Counted from the stretch's first letter, positions 1 through 9,701 are shown. The stretch is DNA of 48,487 nucleotides from Anaerolineae bacterium (GCA_041082215.1 JBDOIF010000047.1:62001-110487), one strand, 5' to 3'. Notes: a model not told the origin generated them from the letters alone. Made by a program: numbers and translations.

Positions 1-169
1 CGATAAGGGAGAAGATGACAGCCGGGACAGCACCCCACAGGAAGGAGATAACGATGAGGGGCAGCGGCTCCTTCTCATACCGGTCGAACCACCAGAGGAT
101 GAGGGCGTAGAAAATCATTGGAACGATGGCCAGGATCAGGATGGCGAGGCCTGCAATCACGATCTCCAT
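1..169 (-). CDS. PrsW-family intramembrane metalloprotease, 5' part only (runs off window start)
   Basis: Not in the ORF track. Manual translation from ATG 169: MEIVIAGLAILILAIVPMIFYALILWWFDRYEKEPLPLIVISFLWGAVPAVIFSLI; DRYEKEP...FLWGA is typical of PrsW N-termini; purine-rich RBS upstream. Confidence 0.8.
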   Translation of the reverse strand, partial: MEIVIAGLAILILAIVPMIFYALILWWFDRYEKEPLPLIVISFLWGAVPAVIFSLI

Positions 170-229
170 CTTCTAACCGCTCCCTTTCTTTCTGTGCGCA
201 GGCTGTTAGCCTGCGTAAAGCAGGCCTGG

Positions 230-395
230 CGGCCTGGGATGCGTGGGCAGACAGCGTGGCCCCCGCGGCGATCATGACTGCCAGCGCTGCGACGAACCCT
301 GGCCTGAAGAACTCCCAGACCCTTGGCCGCTCCAGCCCGTCTATCTTCTTCAGATTCTTCCGGCAGGCCTTGTTAAAGAGATAGCCGGCCTGCAC
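230..395 (-). pseudogene. Probable remnant of a small membrane protein gene
   Basis: About 50 protein-like codons (YLFNKACRKNLKKIDGLERPRVWEFFRPGFVAALAVMIAAGATLS) without a well-spaced RBS; the frame then runs into the PrsW gene. Confidence 0.3.
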
Positions 396-436
396 CCTCC
401 GAGCAGCAGTCCGATCGGTCTACCACCACTGTACTC

Positions 437-3052
437 CTATACCCTCCACCGATAGTCGTTGGACAGCGCCGACTTGAAATCCGCCTGCACCTTATCCCGG
501 ATGTCAATCGCCCATTCGTCCCCCTGCCACCGGTAGAGCAGCAGACAGCGGATCTGCTGGGCGTGAGGGGCGCTGTTCCAGCGGTGGATCTCCTCGTAGG
601 CGGCCCGCACCCAGCCGGTGTTCTGGTTCTCCCAACCCAGGCTCCCATCCCGCTTTGTCCAGTGGTTGGTCTCGGTGATGTAGACGGGCTTGTCCCGCCA
701 CCTGAGAGGGATGGCTTCGATAAAGGGCCGATACGCCTGGAAATCGTAGTAGTGGTCCTTGATAGGGTCGTCGGTGAACTTACGCAGCACGGTTATGAGG
801 GTCAGGTCTGGCCCGTGGGTGTAAGTGTGGAGGGCGAAGCCGTCCAGCGCCTCGATCCCCTCCAGCATCTTGATAAAGTAGTCAAGGGGGCGCTGGAGCT
901 GGGCGTTGTAGGGGTCCACTGCTCCCGGCACGACCCGGGCGTTGGGCAGCACCGCCTTGATCGCTCGATAGGCCAGGTTGAAGGCCCGGGCGTACCGCTC
1001 CGGGGTGATCGGCTCCGGCGGGTGGCCGCTGCGCGGCCATTCGCGAGGGTTGTTCTGCTCGTTGCCGATGATCAGGGTCCAGGTATATTTCCGGGGGTTC
1101 TCCTCCGGATGCTTCAGGTACAGCTCGGCATACCGGGCGCAGGTCGCGGCAAAGGCCTCATAGTGGGCCTCCTCCGGCAGTGTGCCGGCGGCGTCATAGC
1201 CGTGGTTGAGGCGGATGATGATCCCGTACCCAGCTCTGGCCCAGTCCCACAGCTTCTGGCGGCGGTTCGGATCCGGTCCCAGCGAGCCGGGGTGCCGGCC
1301 GATCCCCTCGGTGAAGAGGGCCCAGCCGGTCTTGCCCGACCCCTGGAAGAGGTGGCGGAAGTCCTGGGTCTCGTTCACCCCCACGCCGTGGATGCCGAAG
1401 ATCCAGGCGCATTCGCCGAAAGGCAGGACCGCATCCACTGCTGGCCGACGGTTGTCGGGGGGGACATCGGCGCTCAGATGCCAGGCGGCGACGTACCCTT
1501 CGTGGAGGCTGGGGGTGCGGACGCGGATCCATTTCCCGTCCACGCCGACCTTCTCCGCAGCCTCCAGGGGGTCCTCCAGGACCTGCAGGATGGTCCCGTC
1601 CGGCACGTGCCAGACCTTTTCGGCGCTGGTGGATGGGGCGGCCCGCACGTTGAGGCCGATCGGGCTCTGCACACGGACGTAGGCGGCGGGGATGACCTTC
1701 TCCCGCGGCGGTGCGTGGTCGGTGACGTACCAGGCGGCGATCCATCCCTCGGGGCCGTCCGGTTCAAGCTGGACCTGGAGCCACTGCCCCAATTTGCCAA
1801 CCTTCCCCCGTGCCTGGAGGGGGTCTTCCAGCACCCGCAGCCGGGCTCCCGGATAGAGGCGGCCGATAAGGGTTTCCGGGCGGGCGTTCGGTCGGCTGCG
1901 GTAGTTGACCTCCTGTTCGGTCCAGACGTGGGTCAGGTGCCCCGGCGGAGGGGGGGGGAGGGGGGGGAGGCTGGGGGGAGGGCCGGGGTTGGCCATGAGG
2001 AGACGGTCCTCCAGCACCCACCCGATCGTACCGTCTGGGGCACGGACCTGGAGCCAGGTGGCTCCGTCGCTCCCTTTGCGGCGGGCCAGCCCCTCCAGAG
2101 GGGTAGCGTAAATCACGGCCAGCAGTCGCAGCGCGCCGGGGTCCGGCTGCTGGTAGAGCACCACCCCCTCCAGTGGACGGGCCCATGCTGTCTCCGGGAC
2201 TGGCCGGACCTCTTCCTTTTCCTCGCCAACGGCCACGTCCCGCAGCAGTGGCAGCAGGGCGTCGTCTATCACGGCTGCGGTGAAGAGGCTGAAGAAGGTC
2301 GGGTTGTGGGCGACCAGTCGGTCCAGCCACACCTGGAACTCCTCCGGCCCCATCCTGGCCGTGCCGTGCTCGTCATGGTAGGGGCCCAGGACGGGGTAAA
2401 GGGGCGGGCGGTAACCCCACTGGTTGGCCCAGTACTCATAGTGGCCGTAGGTCCATTCGTCGAGCACCCGGCGGGCCTGGGCCTCCCAGGGGGTCGGGTC
2501 GCCCGGGGCGAAGAAGGAGCCGTAGGCCATCGGCATCAGCCCGCCCCGACAGATCTCGTTCAGTTCGTCGTAGGGGAGGTCCCGGTGGTGGGAAATGTTG
2601 GGGAAGGAGCAGTTGTAGAGCCGGGTCCGGTCCACGCCAGCGTTGCGGACGGCAGAGACCAGTGTGCGGGCTTCGGCGAACTTGCGGCTGCAGGGATCCT
2701 CCGTATCCAGGACCATCCCCTGGTAGCCGTCCTGGAAGGCGCGGGCGATGGCCTGCGCTTCGCCCGACGGATCCGTCAGCATCAGCCATATCCAGCCGAA
2801 GGGGATCAGCCCTGCGTCCGTGATCCGTCGGGCAGCCTGGGCTGACCCTTCCAGGCAAGTTGCCCCGTGGGCCACTTTGTAGAAAACATGGGTCGCACCG
2901 ATCCGGTGGGCGATCTCGATGGCCCGTTCCAGCTCGGAGGTGCCGTCCGGGCGGGGGCGGGCCCAGACTCCCTTGCCCTGAAGGGGATCCGGCAGCCTCT
3001 CCGGTTCCTCCCGGGAGATGAAGGGTAAGAAGATCCGCTTCCAGTCGCTCAT
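437..3052 (-). CDS. Multidomain envelope protein: N-terminal glycoside-hydrolase-like domain, three SH3b-like domains, C-terminal clan GH-A-like domain
   Basis: Start moved to MSDWKRIF (RBS AAGGAG); 871 aa. Repeats W-L/I-x-V...G-W/Y-V/I and VNYRSRP/LNVRAAP; C-terminal IIGNEQN, FALHTY, PVYITETN, LLYRW; Pro-rich linker. Confidence 0.7.
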   Translation of the reverse strand: MSDWKRIFLPFISREEPERLPDPLQGKGVWARPRPDGTSELERAIEIAHRIGATHVFYKVAHGATCLEGSAQAARRITDAGLIPFGWIWLMLTDPSGEAQAIARAFQDGYQGMVLDTEDPCSRKFAEARTLVSAVRNAGVDRTRLYNCSFPNISHHRDLPYDELNEICRGGLMPMAYGSFFAPGDPTPWEAQARRVLDEWTYGHYEYWANQWGYRPPLYPVLGPYHDEHGTARMGPEEFQVWLDRLVAHNPTFFSLFTAAVIDDALLPLLRDVAVGEEKEEVRPVPETAWARPLEGVVLYQQPDPGALRLLAVIYATPLEGLARRKGSDGATWLQVRAPDGTIGWVLEDRLLMANPGPPPSLPPLPPPPPGHLTHVWTEQEVNYRSRPNARPETLIGRLYPGARLRVLEDPLQARGKVGKLGQWLQVQLEPDGPEGWIAAWYVTDHAPPREKVIPAAYVRVQSPIGLNVRAAPSTSAEKVWHVPDGTILQVLEDPLEAAEKVGVDGKWIRVRTPSLHEGYVAAWHLSADVPPDNRRPAVDAVLPFGECAWIFGIHGVGVNETQDFRHLFQGSGKTGWALFTEGIGRHPGSLGPDPNRRQKLWDWARAGYGIIIRLNHGYDAAGTLPEEAHYEAFAATCARYAELYLKHPEENPRKYTWTLIIGNEQNNPREWPRSGHPPEPITPERYARAFNLAYRAIKAVLPNARVVPGAVDPYNAQLQRPLDYFIKMLEGIEALDGFALHTYTHGPDLTLITVLRKFTDDPIKDHYYDFQAYRPFIEAIPLRWRDKPVYITETNHWTKRDGSLGWENQNTGWVRAAYEEIHRWNSAPHAQQIRCLLLYRWQGDEWAIDIRDKVQADFKSALSNDYRWRV

Positions 3053-3197
3053 CACGCTCTTCTCCTTTCGGCTCGGCAACTTCTGTTCGGCTTCAGCTAT
3101 GGAGGCACAAAGCATCTCGGAGGCTCTTCTCGCTCTCTCGAACCACTTTGGTCTCCCTGTCTCTTTGGTTTGACCTGTCCCCGCGTTCCCCGTCTTC

Positions 3198-3788
3198 TCA
3201 CCGGGAGACGTAAGGATTATCCCGCAGGTAGAACCGCCATTGGGCCTGGAGGGCGGCCTGGTCGCCACGGACCCCCACCCGGGGGCTGGACAGGATGGCG
3301 CTTTCCGGGATCGGCCCTCCTTCCTCCAGGAAGAGGAGGCTATCCGGTGCGCAGAGGTCTGCTCCGTCGAATCTCCGGTCAATGGCGAGTGCCTGGCAGA
3401 GCCGACCCGGCCCGCTGGTCAACTGAAGGTCAGGCCGGCCGGGGCGGAGCGCCCGCATCCGCTCGATCCCTTCCAGCGGCTCCAGCGCCCTGACCAGCAC
3501 CGCCGCCGGGAACCCTTCCGGCCCGGTCACCAGGTTGAGGCAGTGGTGGACGCCATAGATCATATAGACGTAGGCGTGGCCTGGAGGGCCGTACATCGCC
3601 GCGTTCCGCTCCGTGCGGCCGAAGCGGGCATGGGAGGCCTGGTCCTCCTCGCCGATGTATGCCTCTACCTCCACGATGCGCCCGCTCAGCCGCTCCCCAT
3701 CCAGCACCCGCACCAGCCGCTTTCCCAGGAGGGCCCGGGCGACCCGGAGGGTATCCTGGGCGAAGAATTCACGCCCCAGACGTGCCAT
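3198..3788 (-). CDS. mpg: DNA-3-methyladenine glycosylase (AAG/MPG family)
   Basis: MARLGREFF..VARALLGK, GRIVEVEAY, AYVYMIYGVHHCLN, AVLVRALEP, GPGRLCQAL; start at ATG 3788. Confidence 0.93.
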   Translation of the reverse strand: MARLGREFFAQDTLRVARALLGKRLVRVLDGERLSGRIVEVEAYIGEEDQASHARFGRTERNAAMYGPPGHAYVYMIYGVHHCLNLVTGPEGFPAAVLVRALEPLEGIERMRALRPGRPDLQLTSGPGRLCQALAIDRRFDGADLCAPDSLLFLEEGGPIPESAILSSPRVGVRGDQAALQAQWRFYLRDNPYVSR

Positions 3789-4710
3789 GGGCAAACCGGG
3801 GGTCCTGTTTGAGCGTCCGTCGCAGCCCTTCCTCCAGCCCCACGCGGGGCCTGTAGCCCAGGAGCTGTCGGGCCAGCGAGATGTCGGCGCAGAGGCGGGA
3901 GACGCCGCCGCTCTCCGCCGGGCTATGGAGCACCTCCACCTCCTGCCCCACCACCTTCGCCACCAGCGCCGCCAGCTCATTGATCGAGGTCTCTTTGCCG
4001 GACCCGACGTTGATAATCCGTCGGTCCACGTCGGAGGCGGTGGCGGCAGCGACCAGCGCGTCAACCACGTCGTCCACGTAGACGAAATCCCGGGTCTGGG
4101 CGCCGCTGCCGAAGATGACCAGCGTGCCGCCCCGGAGCGCCTGCCGCAGGAAGCGGGGGACCACCGGCGGGTGAGAGGGGGGGAGATTCTGTCCCGGCCC
4201 GTAAGCGTTGAAGACACGCAGGACCACTGTCTCGATCCCCCAGAGGGCACCGATGGCGCGGACGTAGTGCTCCGCGGCCAGTTTGCTCACTGCGTAGGGG
4301 GATTGGGGGTTGGGGGGCTGGTCCTCCCGCACCGGCTGATGGGCCTGCTCCCCATAGATGGCGCCGGAGGAGGTGAGGATCACCCGGCGCACCCCTGCAT
4401 CCCGCATCGCCTCCATCACGCTCACCGTCCCCCCAACGTTGACCTCGTTGTACTCCCGGGGGTAGAGGATGGATTCGGAGACCAGCACCCGGGCCGCCAG
4501 GTGGTAGACGCAGTCCACGTCTTGCAGGAGCGTCCACAACTTGGGCCGGTCCAGCACGCTGCCGCGGGTGAAAAGGACCCGTCCGTCCAGCCGGGCCGGG
4601 TCCCCGGCGCTCAGGTCGTCAATGACCCGCACCTGGTGCCCTTCGGCGGCCAGCCGGTTGGCCAGAGCTGCTCCCAGGAACCCGGCCCCACCGGTGACGA
4701 GAAAGCGCAT
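3769..4710 (-). CDS. NAD-dependent epimerase/dehydratase (extended SDR, nucleotide-sugar)
   Basis: TGGAGFLG, YAVSK (YxxxK), FNAYGP, RDFVYVDD; 313 aa. Confidence 0.92.
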   Translation of the reverse strand: MRFLVTGGAGFLGAALANRLAAEGHQVRVIDDLSAGDPARLDGRVLFTRGSVLDRPKLWTLLQDVDCVYHLAARVLVSESILYPREYNEVNVGGTVSVMEAMRDAGVRRVILTSSGAIYGEQAHQPVREDQPPNPQSPYAVSKLAAEHYVRAIGALWGIETVVLRVFNAYGPGQNLPPSHPPVVPRFLRQALRGGTLVIFGSGAQTRDFVYVDDVVDALVAAATASDVDRRIINVGSGKETSINELAALVAKVVGQEVEVLHSPAESGGVSRLCADISLARQLLGYRPRVGLEEGLRRTLKQDPRFAHGTSGA

Positions 4711-4731
4711 TCGGTCGTCCCTCCTCCGACG

Positions 4732-5028
4732 CTACATCTCTTTCAGAAGCTCGCGGAACTCATCGAACGGGATCGCCGTCAATGTGTGGGTGGTGCAATT
4801 GCCGAATGTATTGGCCAGCAGGGCCACTTTGGTGGCCGTCCTCGCGTCGGGCGCTTCGAAGATGTGCAGGAAATCATACTCCCCCAGCAGCGCATAACTG
4901 GCAATCCGCTTGACCTCCGGGCATTCTTCCCGCAGCCGTCGGTCGAACTCCTCGTCCATCACGCTCAACGCCCGGACCTCGCCAGGGCTGCGCAGGGAGA
5001 CTTTTGAAAGAAGGATGAACGTGGCCAT
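4732..5028 (-). CDS. GYD domain-containing protein
   Basis: 98 aa; YALLGEYDF..EAPD and TLTAIP. Confidence 0.8.
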   Translation of the reverse strand: MATFILLSKVSLRSPGEVRALSVMDEEFDRRLREECPEVKRIASYALLGEYDFLHIFEAPDARTATKVALLANTFGNCTTHTLTAIPFDEFRELLKEM

Positions 5029-5040
5029 CGGTTCACCTCC

Positions 5041-5093
5041 TTACCAGGTCTCCAAATCACCGAGTCACCGAATCACCGGGTCACCGGGTCACC
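5041..5093. repeat. 8-bp periodic tandem repeat (TCACCGRR-like) between mutL and the GYD gene
   Basis: ttaccagg tctccaaa tcaccgag tcaccgaa tcaccggg tcaccggg tcacc. Confidence 0.85.
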
Positions 5094-5094
5094 A

Positions 5095-6831
5095 TTACTC
5101 CCGTCCAAACGCCCGCATCAGTTGGGCCGAGCTGATGTAGATCATCGTCGGACGGCCATGGGGGCAGGTGCGGGGGCTGGCGCATCGTTCCAGTGCCCGG
5201 ATCAGCTCTTCCATCTCCTCCCGTGTCAGCACCTGCCCGGCTTTGACCGCTGCCTGCTTGCAGACCCGCCGTATTACCGCCCGCTCCATCTCCTCCGCCA
5301 CCTGCGACCGGCCCTCCTCAAGCCCTTCGACGACATCCTGCAGCACTTCCGCAGGGCGGGTATGGGCCAGGATCGTCGGTATGGCCCGTATCAGAACGGT
5401 GTTCCCCCCGAAGGGCTCCACCTCAAAACCCAGCCGTCCCAATATGTCCTGATAGGCCTCCACCATCCCCACCGCTTCCGGCGGAAGTTCCGCCGTTGCC
5501 GGTTCCAGCAGCCCCTGGGAGGGCACGCCCTCTTCCTTTCGGGCTACCATCTGCTCGTAGAGCACCCGTTCGTGGGCCGCGTGCTGGTCAATCATGTAGA
5601 GGCCGTCCGGACCCTCGGCGACGATATAGGCCCCGGCGATCTGTCCCACCACCCGCAGCGGCGGCATCTGGGAGGGGGCCTGGGAGGGGGACAGGGCGGG
5701 TTGAGTGGGCAGTTCTATTCCCCTTTCCACGGGCCGAAAGAGCGGCCGATCCCACCCGGCCGTCCTCCACCGGGCAGGTGGGCGGGACTCAGGGGACAGC
5801 CCGCCCGGGAGGGCGCGGGCCGGCGCCGCGACGGCGGCCTGCTGCTCCACCCCTCGCCGCACTGCCCGCTGCACTGCCCGGAAGACCCGGTCCGCATCCC
5901 GAAAGCGGACCTCCGCCTTGGCGGGGTGGACGTTGACGTCCACCTCCTCTGGCGGCAGGTGGATGAAGAGCACCGCCACCGGGTAGCGGCCGGTGGGGAG
6001 GAGGGTATGGTAGGCCTGGATCACCCCATAGGTCAGCCGGTTATCCTGCACCCACCGCCCGTTGACGAAGAGGGTGATCCCTCCCCGATTGCCCTGATGG
6101 AGGGAGGGCGGGCCGACAAAGCCGAGCACCCGGATGTGGGAATCCCCCCCGGGGTCCTCCGGTATCTCCAGCATCGCCGCGCCGGTCCTTGTGCCATAGA
6201 CGGCGACCATCACCTCCCGCAGCTCGCCGGTCCCGGGTGAACGGAAGGTCTCCCGTCCGTCGTGGGTGAGGGTGAAGCGGAGGTGAGGATAAGCCATCGC
6301 GTATCGGGTGACCCAGGCGTCAATATGGCGGCGCTCCGTTGCTTCGGAGCGGAGAAACTTGCGGCGGGCGGGCACGTTGAAGAACAGCTCTTCCACTGTG
6401 ACCGCCGTTCCCGGTGGGCGGCCGGTGGGCCGGCGGGCCACCACCTCCCCACCCTCCAGCCGCAGCAGGGTGCCCACCTCCTCCCCTGTCGCCCGGGTAA
6501 TGAAGGTGACCCGGCTGACGGCGGCGATGGAGGCCAGCGCCTCCCCCCGGAAGCCCAGCGTGGTGATATGGTCCAGGTCCTCCACGCTGGAGAGTTTGCT
6601 GGTGGCGTGGCGGTGGAAGGCCAGTTCCACTTCTGCCGTCGGGACCCCGCAGCCGTTGTCGGAGACGGAGATGAGCTTTTGCCCCCCCCGTTCTACTTCG
6701 ATATCCACCTCAGTCGCGCCGGCGTCTATGCTGTTCTCCACCAGCTCCTTCACCACGGAGGCGGGACGCTCCACTACCTCACCTGCGGCGATCTGAGAGG
6801 CCACCTCTGGCGGAAGGACCCGGATACCCAT
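5095..6831 (-). CDS. mutL: DNA mismatch repair endonuclease MutL
   Basis: IAAGEVVERPASVVKELVENSIDAGA, GFRGEALASI, DQHAAHERVLYE, CPHGRP. Confidence 0.98.
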   Translation of the reverse strand: MGIRVLPPEVASQIAAGEVVERPASVVKELVENSIDAGATEVDIEVERGGQKLISVSDNGCGVPTAEVELAFHRHATSKLSSVEDLDHITTLGFRGEALASIAAVSRVTFITRATGEEVGTLLRLEGGEVVARRPTGRPPGTAVTVEELFFNVPARRKFLRSEATERRHIDAWVTRYAMAYPHLRFTLTHDGRETFRSPGTGELREVMVAVYGTRTGAAMLEIPEDPGGDSHIRVLGFVGPPSLHQGNRGGITLFVNGRWVQDNRLTYGVIQAYHTLLPTGRYPVAVLFIHLPPEEVDVNVHPAKAEVRFRDADRVFRAVQRAVRRGVEQQAAVAAPARALPGGLSPESRPPARWRTAGWDRPLFRPVERGIELPTQPALSPSQAPSQMPPLRVVGQIAGAYIVAEGPDGLYMIDQHAAHERVLYEQMVARKEEGVPSQGLLEPATAELPPEAVGMVEAYQDILGRLGFEVEPFGGNTVLIRAIPTILAHTRPAEVLQDVVEGLEEGRSQVAEEMERAVIRRVCKQAAVKAGQVLTREEMEELIRALERCASPRTCPHGRPTMIYISSAQLMRAFGRE

Positions 6832-6869
6832 TGTTCCCCTTTATGTCGGAACAGAAGCTGCTCTTTCCA

Positions 6870-7472
6870 TCACGGAGGCACGGAGGAAACAGAGTTCTGC
6901 GAAGAAGCTGTTACCCCAAGGACAAGGACAGGGATGTCAATGTCTGAAACCCCACGGTGTTCTAGGTCCCAAACGAATTGCTCGAAATATGAAACCCCTG
7001 TTGACATCTCTTCTGCAAAGAGCTTAATGGGCACAATCTCAATTCCTACATCGATCACTCCCAGCTTGTGGAAGATGGTCATCTTGGCGCAGACGTTGTA
7101 AACCATGAAGGCGTACTTGCCGAATTGAACCTCTACACCCACACGATTCTTCACAAAATCCATCTCGCGAAAAGCTCCCTTTGATGGGCTATCGGGGGCA
7201 AAGCCGGACACATAATATGTGGTCGGATAGACGCACGACACCTTGTATTTTTCCCAGCCAAGTAGAGTGAACTCTTTTTTGAAAGCCCTGTTCAAGGCTT
7301 GTGGGCTGTAGAGCGTTCTGCCGAGCATTGTCCTTTCCCGGCTGGTTTTGGTTTTACACCTTGTGCTGTCTACAGCAGCAATTACCTGCTCCACTTCCTC
7401 AAGTTCTGCCGGATATTGGGAGCGGATAACTTCCTCACCGTGGTTGAAGGAGTAGATTCCCGCGATGATCAT
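6870..7472 (-). CDS. Type II restriction endonuclease, BglII/BstYI family
   Basis: DFVKNRVGVEVQFGKY (D..ExQ catalytic motif), LYSPQALN, IDVGIEIVP, EMSTGVSYFE; overlaps MTase stop (ATGA); AT-richer than flanks. Confidence 0.85.
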   Translation of the reverse strand: MIIAGIYSFNHGEEVIRSQYPAELEEVEQVIAAVDSTRCKTKTSRERTMLGRTLYSPQALNRAFKKEFTLLGWEKYKVSCVYPTTYYVSGFAPDSPSKGAFREMDFVKNRVGVEVQFGKYAFMVYNVCAKMTIFHKLGVIDVGIEIVPIKLFAEEMSTGVSYFEQFVWDLEHRGVSDIDIPVLVLGVTASSQNSVSSVPP

Positions 7473-8458
7473 TCGTATTCATCCTGTTTTTCCAACAGTC
7501 GTGCCTGAGAAGGCCCTTTCCACTCTTCAGGGATCTGAGACACTTTCTCTTTGCCCGTAGGCTGATATACTGGTCTACCTATGGGGCGGTAACGAAGCGT
7601 GCCGTTGAAGAAATCTAAAAGACGCTGGCGGGCTATTTCTACATAAACTTCTTCCTTTTCACATCCCATTGCCCGTCTATTATGCATTGTGGCTGCAATA
7701 AGAGCGGAGCCGACGCCCATATAGGGGTCAAAAACCCAATCGCCTTCATTTGTGAGTGCAAGGATGCAGCGCTCGACAAGTTCGATGGGAAATTGGCAGG
7801 GATGGATTGTTTTTTCGGGATGATTGGACTTTACATTGGGAATATCCCATACCGATTCTTCCCAATCCTGAACCACGATTTCCCATACATCAGAGGGATT
7901 CTTCCCAAGGGGGTTGCCTGAAGGTTTTCCTTTGTTCGGCCCCTTGAAATGACGCTTACCAGGATACTTGGCAGGCACACGAACAGCATCCAGGTTGAAT
8001 ACGTAGCGGTCAGATTTGGTAAACCATAGGATAGTTTCATAGCGACCTGAGAAACGCTTGGATGCGTGCAATCCATGGCCAAACTTCCAGATAATACGGT
8101 TGCGTAGTTTCATGCCGAGTTCTTTGAAAATCGGATAATAGAGAATGTCAAGTGGATAGACTTCTCCGTTCTCCACAAAGTTGCCTACCTGCCAGCAAAG
8201 GCTACCGTCTTCTCGTAAAACTCGATGAAGTTGAGCGATCAATTGAGCTTGTGTTTTCAAGTATTGTTCTATCGAGACGCGGCTCTCGTACTCTTTGCCC
8301 AGGTTGTAAGGCGGGGAGGTGACAATCAGGGCAATGGAGTTGTCTGGAATTCCCCCGATGAATTCGCCCACGTCACCAGAATAGATAACGATCTCGGCAT
8401 CGGGTTTGAAACTCGTTTCAATGGGCTTTATGGAACGAAACAGGGGCAACTCACTCAT
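7469..8458 (-). CDS. Site-specific amino DNA methyltransferase, beta class (probably N4-cytosine)
   Basis: TSPPYN (motif IV) precedes HPCQFP and DPYMGVGS (motif I); adjacent to the REase. Confidence 0.92.
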   Translation of the reverse strand: MSELPLFRSIKPIETSFKPDAEIVIYSGDVGEFIGGIPDNSIALIVTSPPYNLGKEYESRVSIEQYLKTQAQLIAQLHRVLREDGSLCWQVGNFVENGEVYPLDILYYPIFKELGMKLRNRIIWKFGHGLHASKRFSGRYETILWFTKSDRYVFNLDAVRVPAKYPGKRHFKGPNKGKPSGNPLGKNPSDVWEIVVQDWEESVWDIPNVKSNHPEKTIHPCQFPIELVERCILALTNEGDWVFDPYMGVGSALIAATMHNRRAMGCEKEEVYVEIARQRLLDFFNGTLRYRPIGRPVYQPTGKEKVSQIPEEWKGPSQARLLEKQDEYE

Positions 8459-8533
8459 ATCCTGTTATCCCGCCGCTCCGAATTTGTGCTCCATATTTTA
8501 TCATACAACAGTTGGAAACGCGAACCTGAGTTG

Positions 8534-8724
8534 AGGTGTATTTCAGTTTGGGGGCGAGATGTCCCTGGCCCGGGCCGGACATGGGGAACACGAATGGCGC
8601 GAATGGAAACGAATGCCGCGAATGGGACAGGGCTTCCTCCTGTTCGTGGTATTCGGGCCATTCGTGGGATTCGCGATCCACCGGCGAGCGAGAGGACCAC
8701 TTGCCCCGAAATTGAAATACACCC
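8534..8724 (+). mobile_element. MITE family A, copy 1 (191 bp)
   Basis: Imperfect ~25-bp TIRs AGGTGTATTTCAGTTTGGGGGCGAG / CTTGCCCCGAAATTGAAATACACCC; direct repeat CCTGAGTTG at 8525-8533 and 8725-8733; three more copies in window. Confidence 0.9.
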
Positions 8725-8730
8725 CCTGAG

Positions 8731-8758
8731 TTGACACTCCTGCATCTCAGGGTATAAT
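8731..8758 (+). promoter_or_regulatory. sigma70-type promoter
   Basis: TTGACA-16 bp-TATAAT, 27 bp before GTG 8786. Confidence 0.8.
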
Positions 8759-8785
8759 GCGGCCCGCCTCGAAAGGGGAGATCCA

Positions 8786-9685
8786 GTGAGCAGGTGGCAA
8801 ACCGATCCTCAAACCGGCCTGCGCGTCGGCATCGCTCTGATGGCCGCCGTTCTCCTGCTGAACGGCAGCCTGATCACGTGGGCCGCCACCCGGTCGGTGG
8901 ATTTCTGGACGTTTCTGGTTGGGCTGACAGCGCTGATGGGCCTGGCCGCCCTGGGACTTCTGGCCTACTGGATCAGCGGCCTGGTCCGCTCCGGATACAC
9001 TGTGGACCGGAACGCCATCACGATTACCTGGGGGCCTGCCGAGCAGGTGATCCCTACCCCCCAGATCGAACGGGTCGTGCTGGGGGAGGAGCTGAAGGGG
9101 CAGGTGCGCTTCCGGGGGGTTCGGTGGCCTGGCCACTGGGTGGGGTATGGGGAGGTGGAGGGGCTGGGCCCCACTCTTTTCTACGCCACCGTCCCCCCCC
9201 GACGACAGGTCTTCCTCGTAACCCCCGGCCTCACCTACGCCATCTCCCCGGAGGATCGGAACGGGTTCCTGCAGGCCCTCCATACCCGGATGCAGATGGG
9301 GCCGACGCAGGCGGTGGAACCCAGCTCCCATGGTCCGGCTTTCCTCAAATGGGGTTTCTGGCGGGACCGGCTGGGGCTGGGTCTGATCCTGGGGACGCTG
9401 GGGGGGAATCTGGCCCTCTTTGGCTTCCTTTCCGCCCGCTTCCCAACCCTTCCGCGCCTGTTACCCCTTCACTTCGACGCTGCGGGGTCGCCCGACCGGC
9501 TGGGGGCGCAGGGACAGATCTTCTTCCTCCCCCTCATCGGCGTGGTGGTCATGCTGGTCAACGGCGGCCTGGGGGGCGTTCTCTACCGTCGGGAGAGGAT
9601 GGCCGCCTATCTGCTCTGGGGGGGGAGTGCGGTGGTGCAGGTGCTTCTCTGGGCGGCGGTCCTCGGCATCCTGAGCGCATTGTAG
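8786..9685 (+). CDS. Membrane protein with bacterial PH-like domain and DUF1648-like segment
   Basis: Two N-terminal TM helices, YAISPED..FLQAL, LPLHFDAAGSPDRLG plus TM helices; RBS AAGGGGAG. Confidence 0.7.
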   Translation: MSRWQTDPQTGLRVGIALMAAVLLLNGSLITWAATRSVDFWTFLVGLTALMGLAALGLLAYWISGLVRSGYTVDRNAITITWGPAEQVIPTPQIERVVLGEELKGQVRFRGVRWPGHWVGYGEVEGLGPTLFYATVPPRRQVFLVTPGLTYAISPEDRNGFLQALHTRMQMGPTQAVEPSSHGPAFLKWGFWRDRLGLGLILGTLGGNLALFGFLSARFPTLPRLLPLHFDAAGSPDRLGAQGQIFFLPLIGVVVMLVNGGLGGVLYRRERMAAYLLWGGSAVVQVLLWAAVLGILSAL

Positions 9686-9701
9686 CAGCAGGGGTGAGAA
9701 G

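Noticed and set aside
1945..1990. G-tract as a contingency locus
   Set aside because: Explained by a poly-proline linker on the minus strand.
3053..3382. N-terminal extension of the 981-aa ORF (and similar extensions at 17993, 44655, 47489, 48418)
   Set aside because: They overlap neighbouring genes or repeats; better starts lie downstream.
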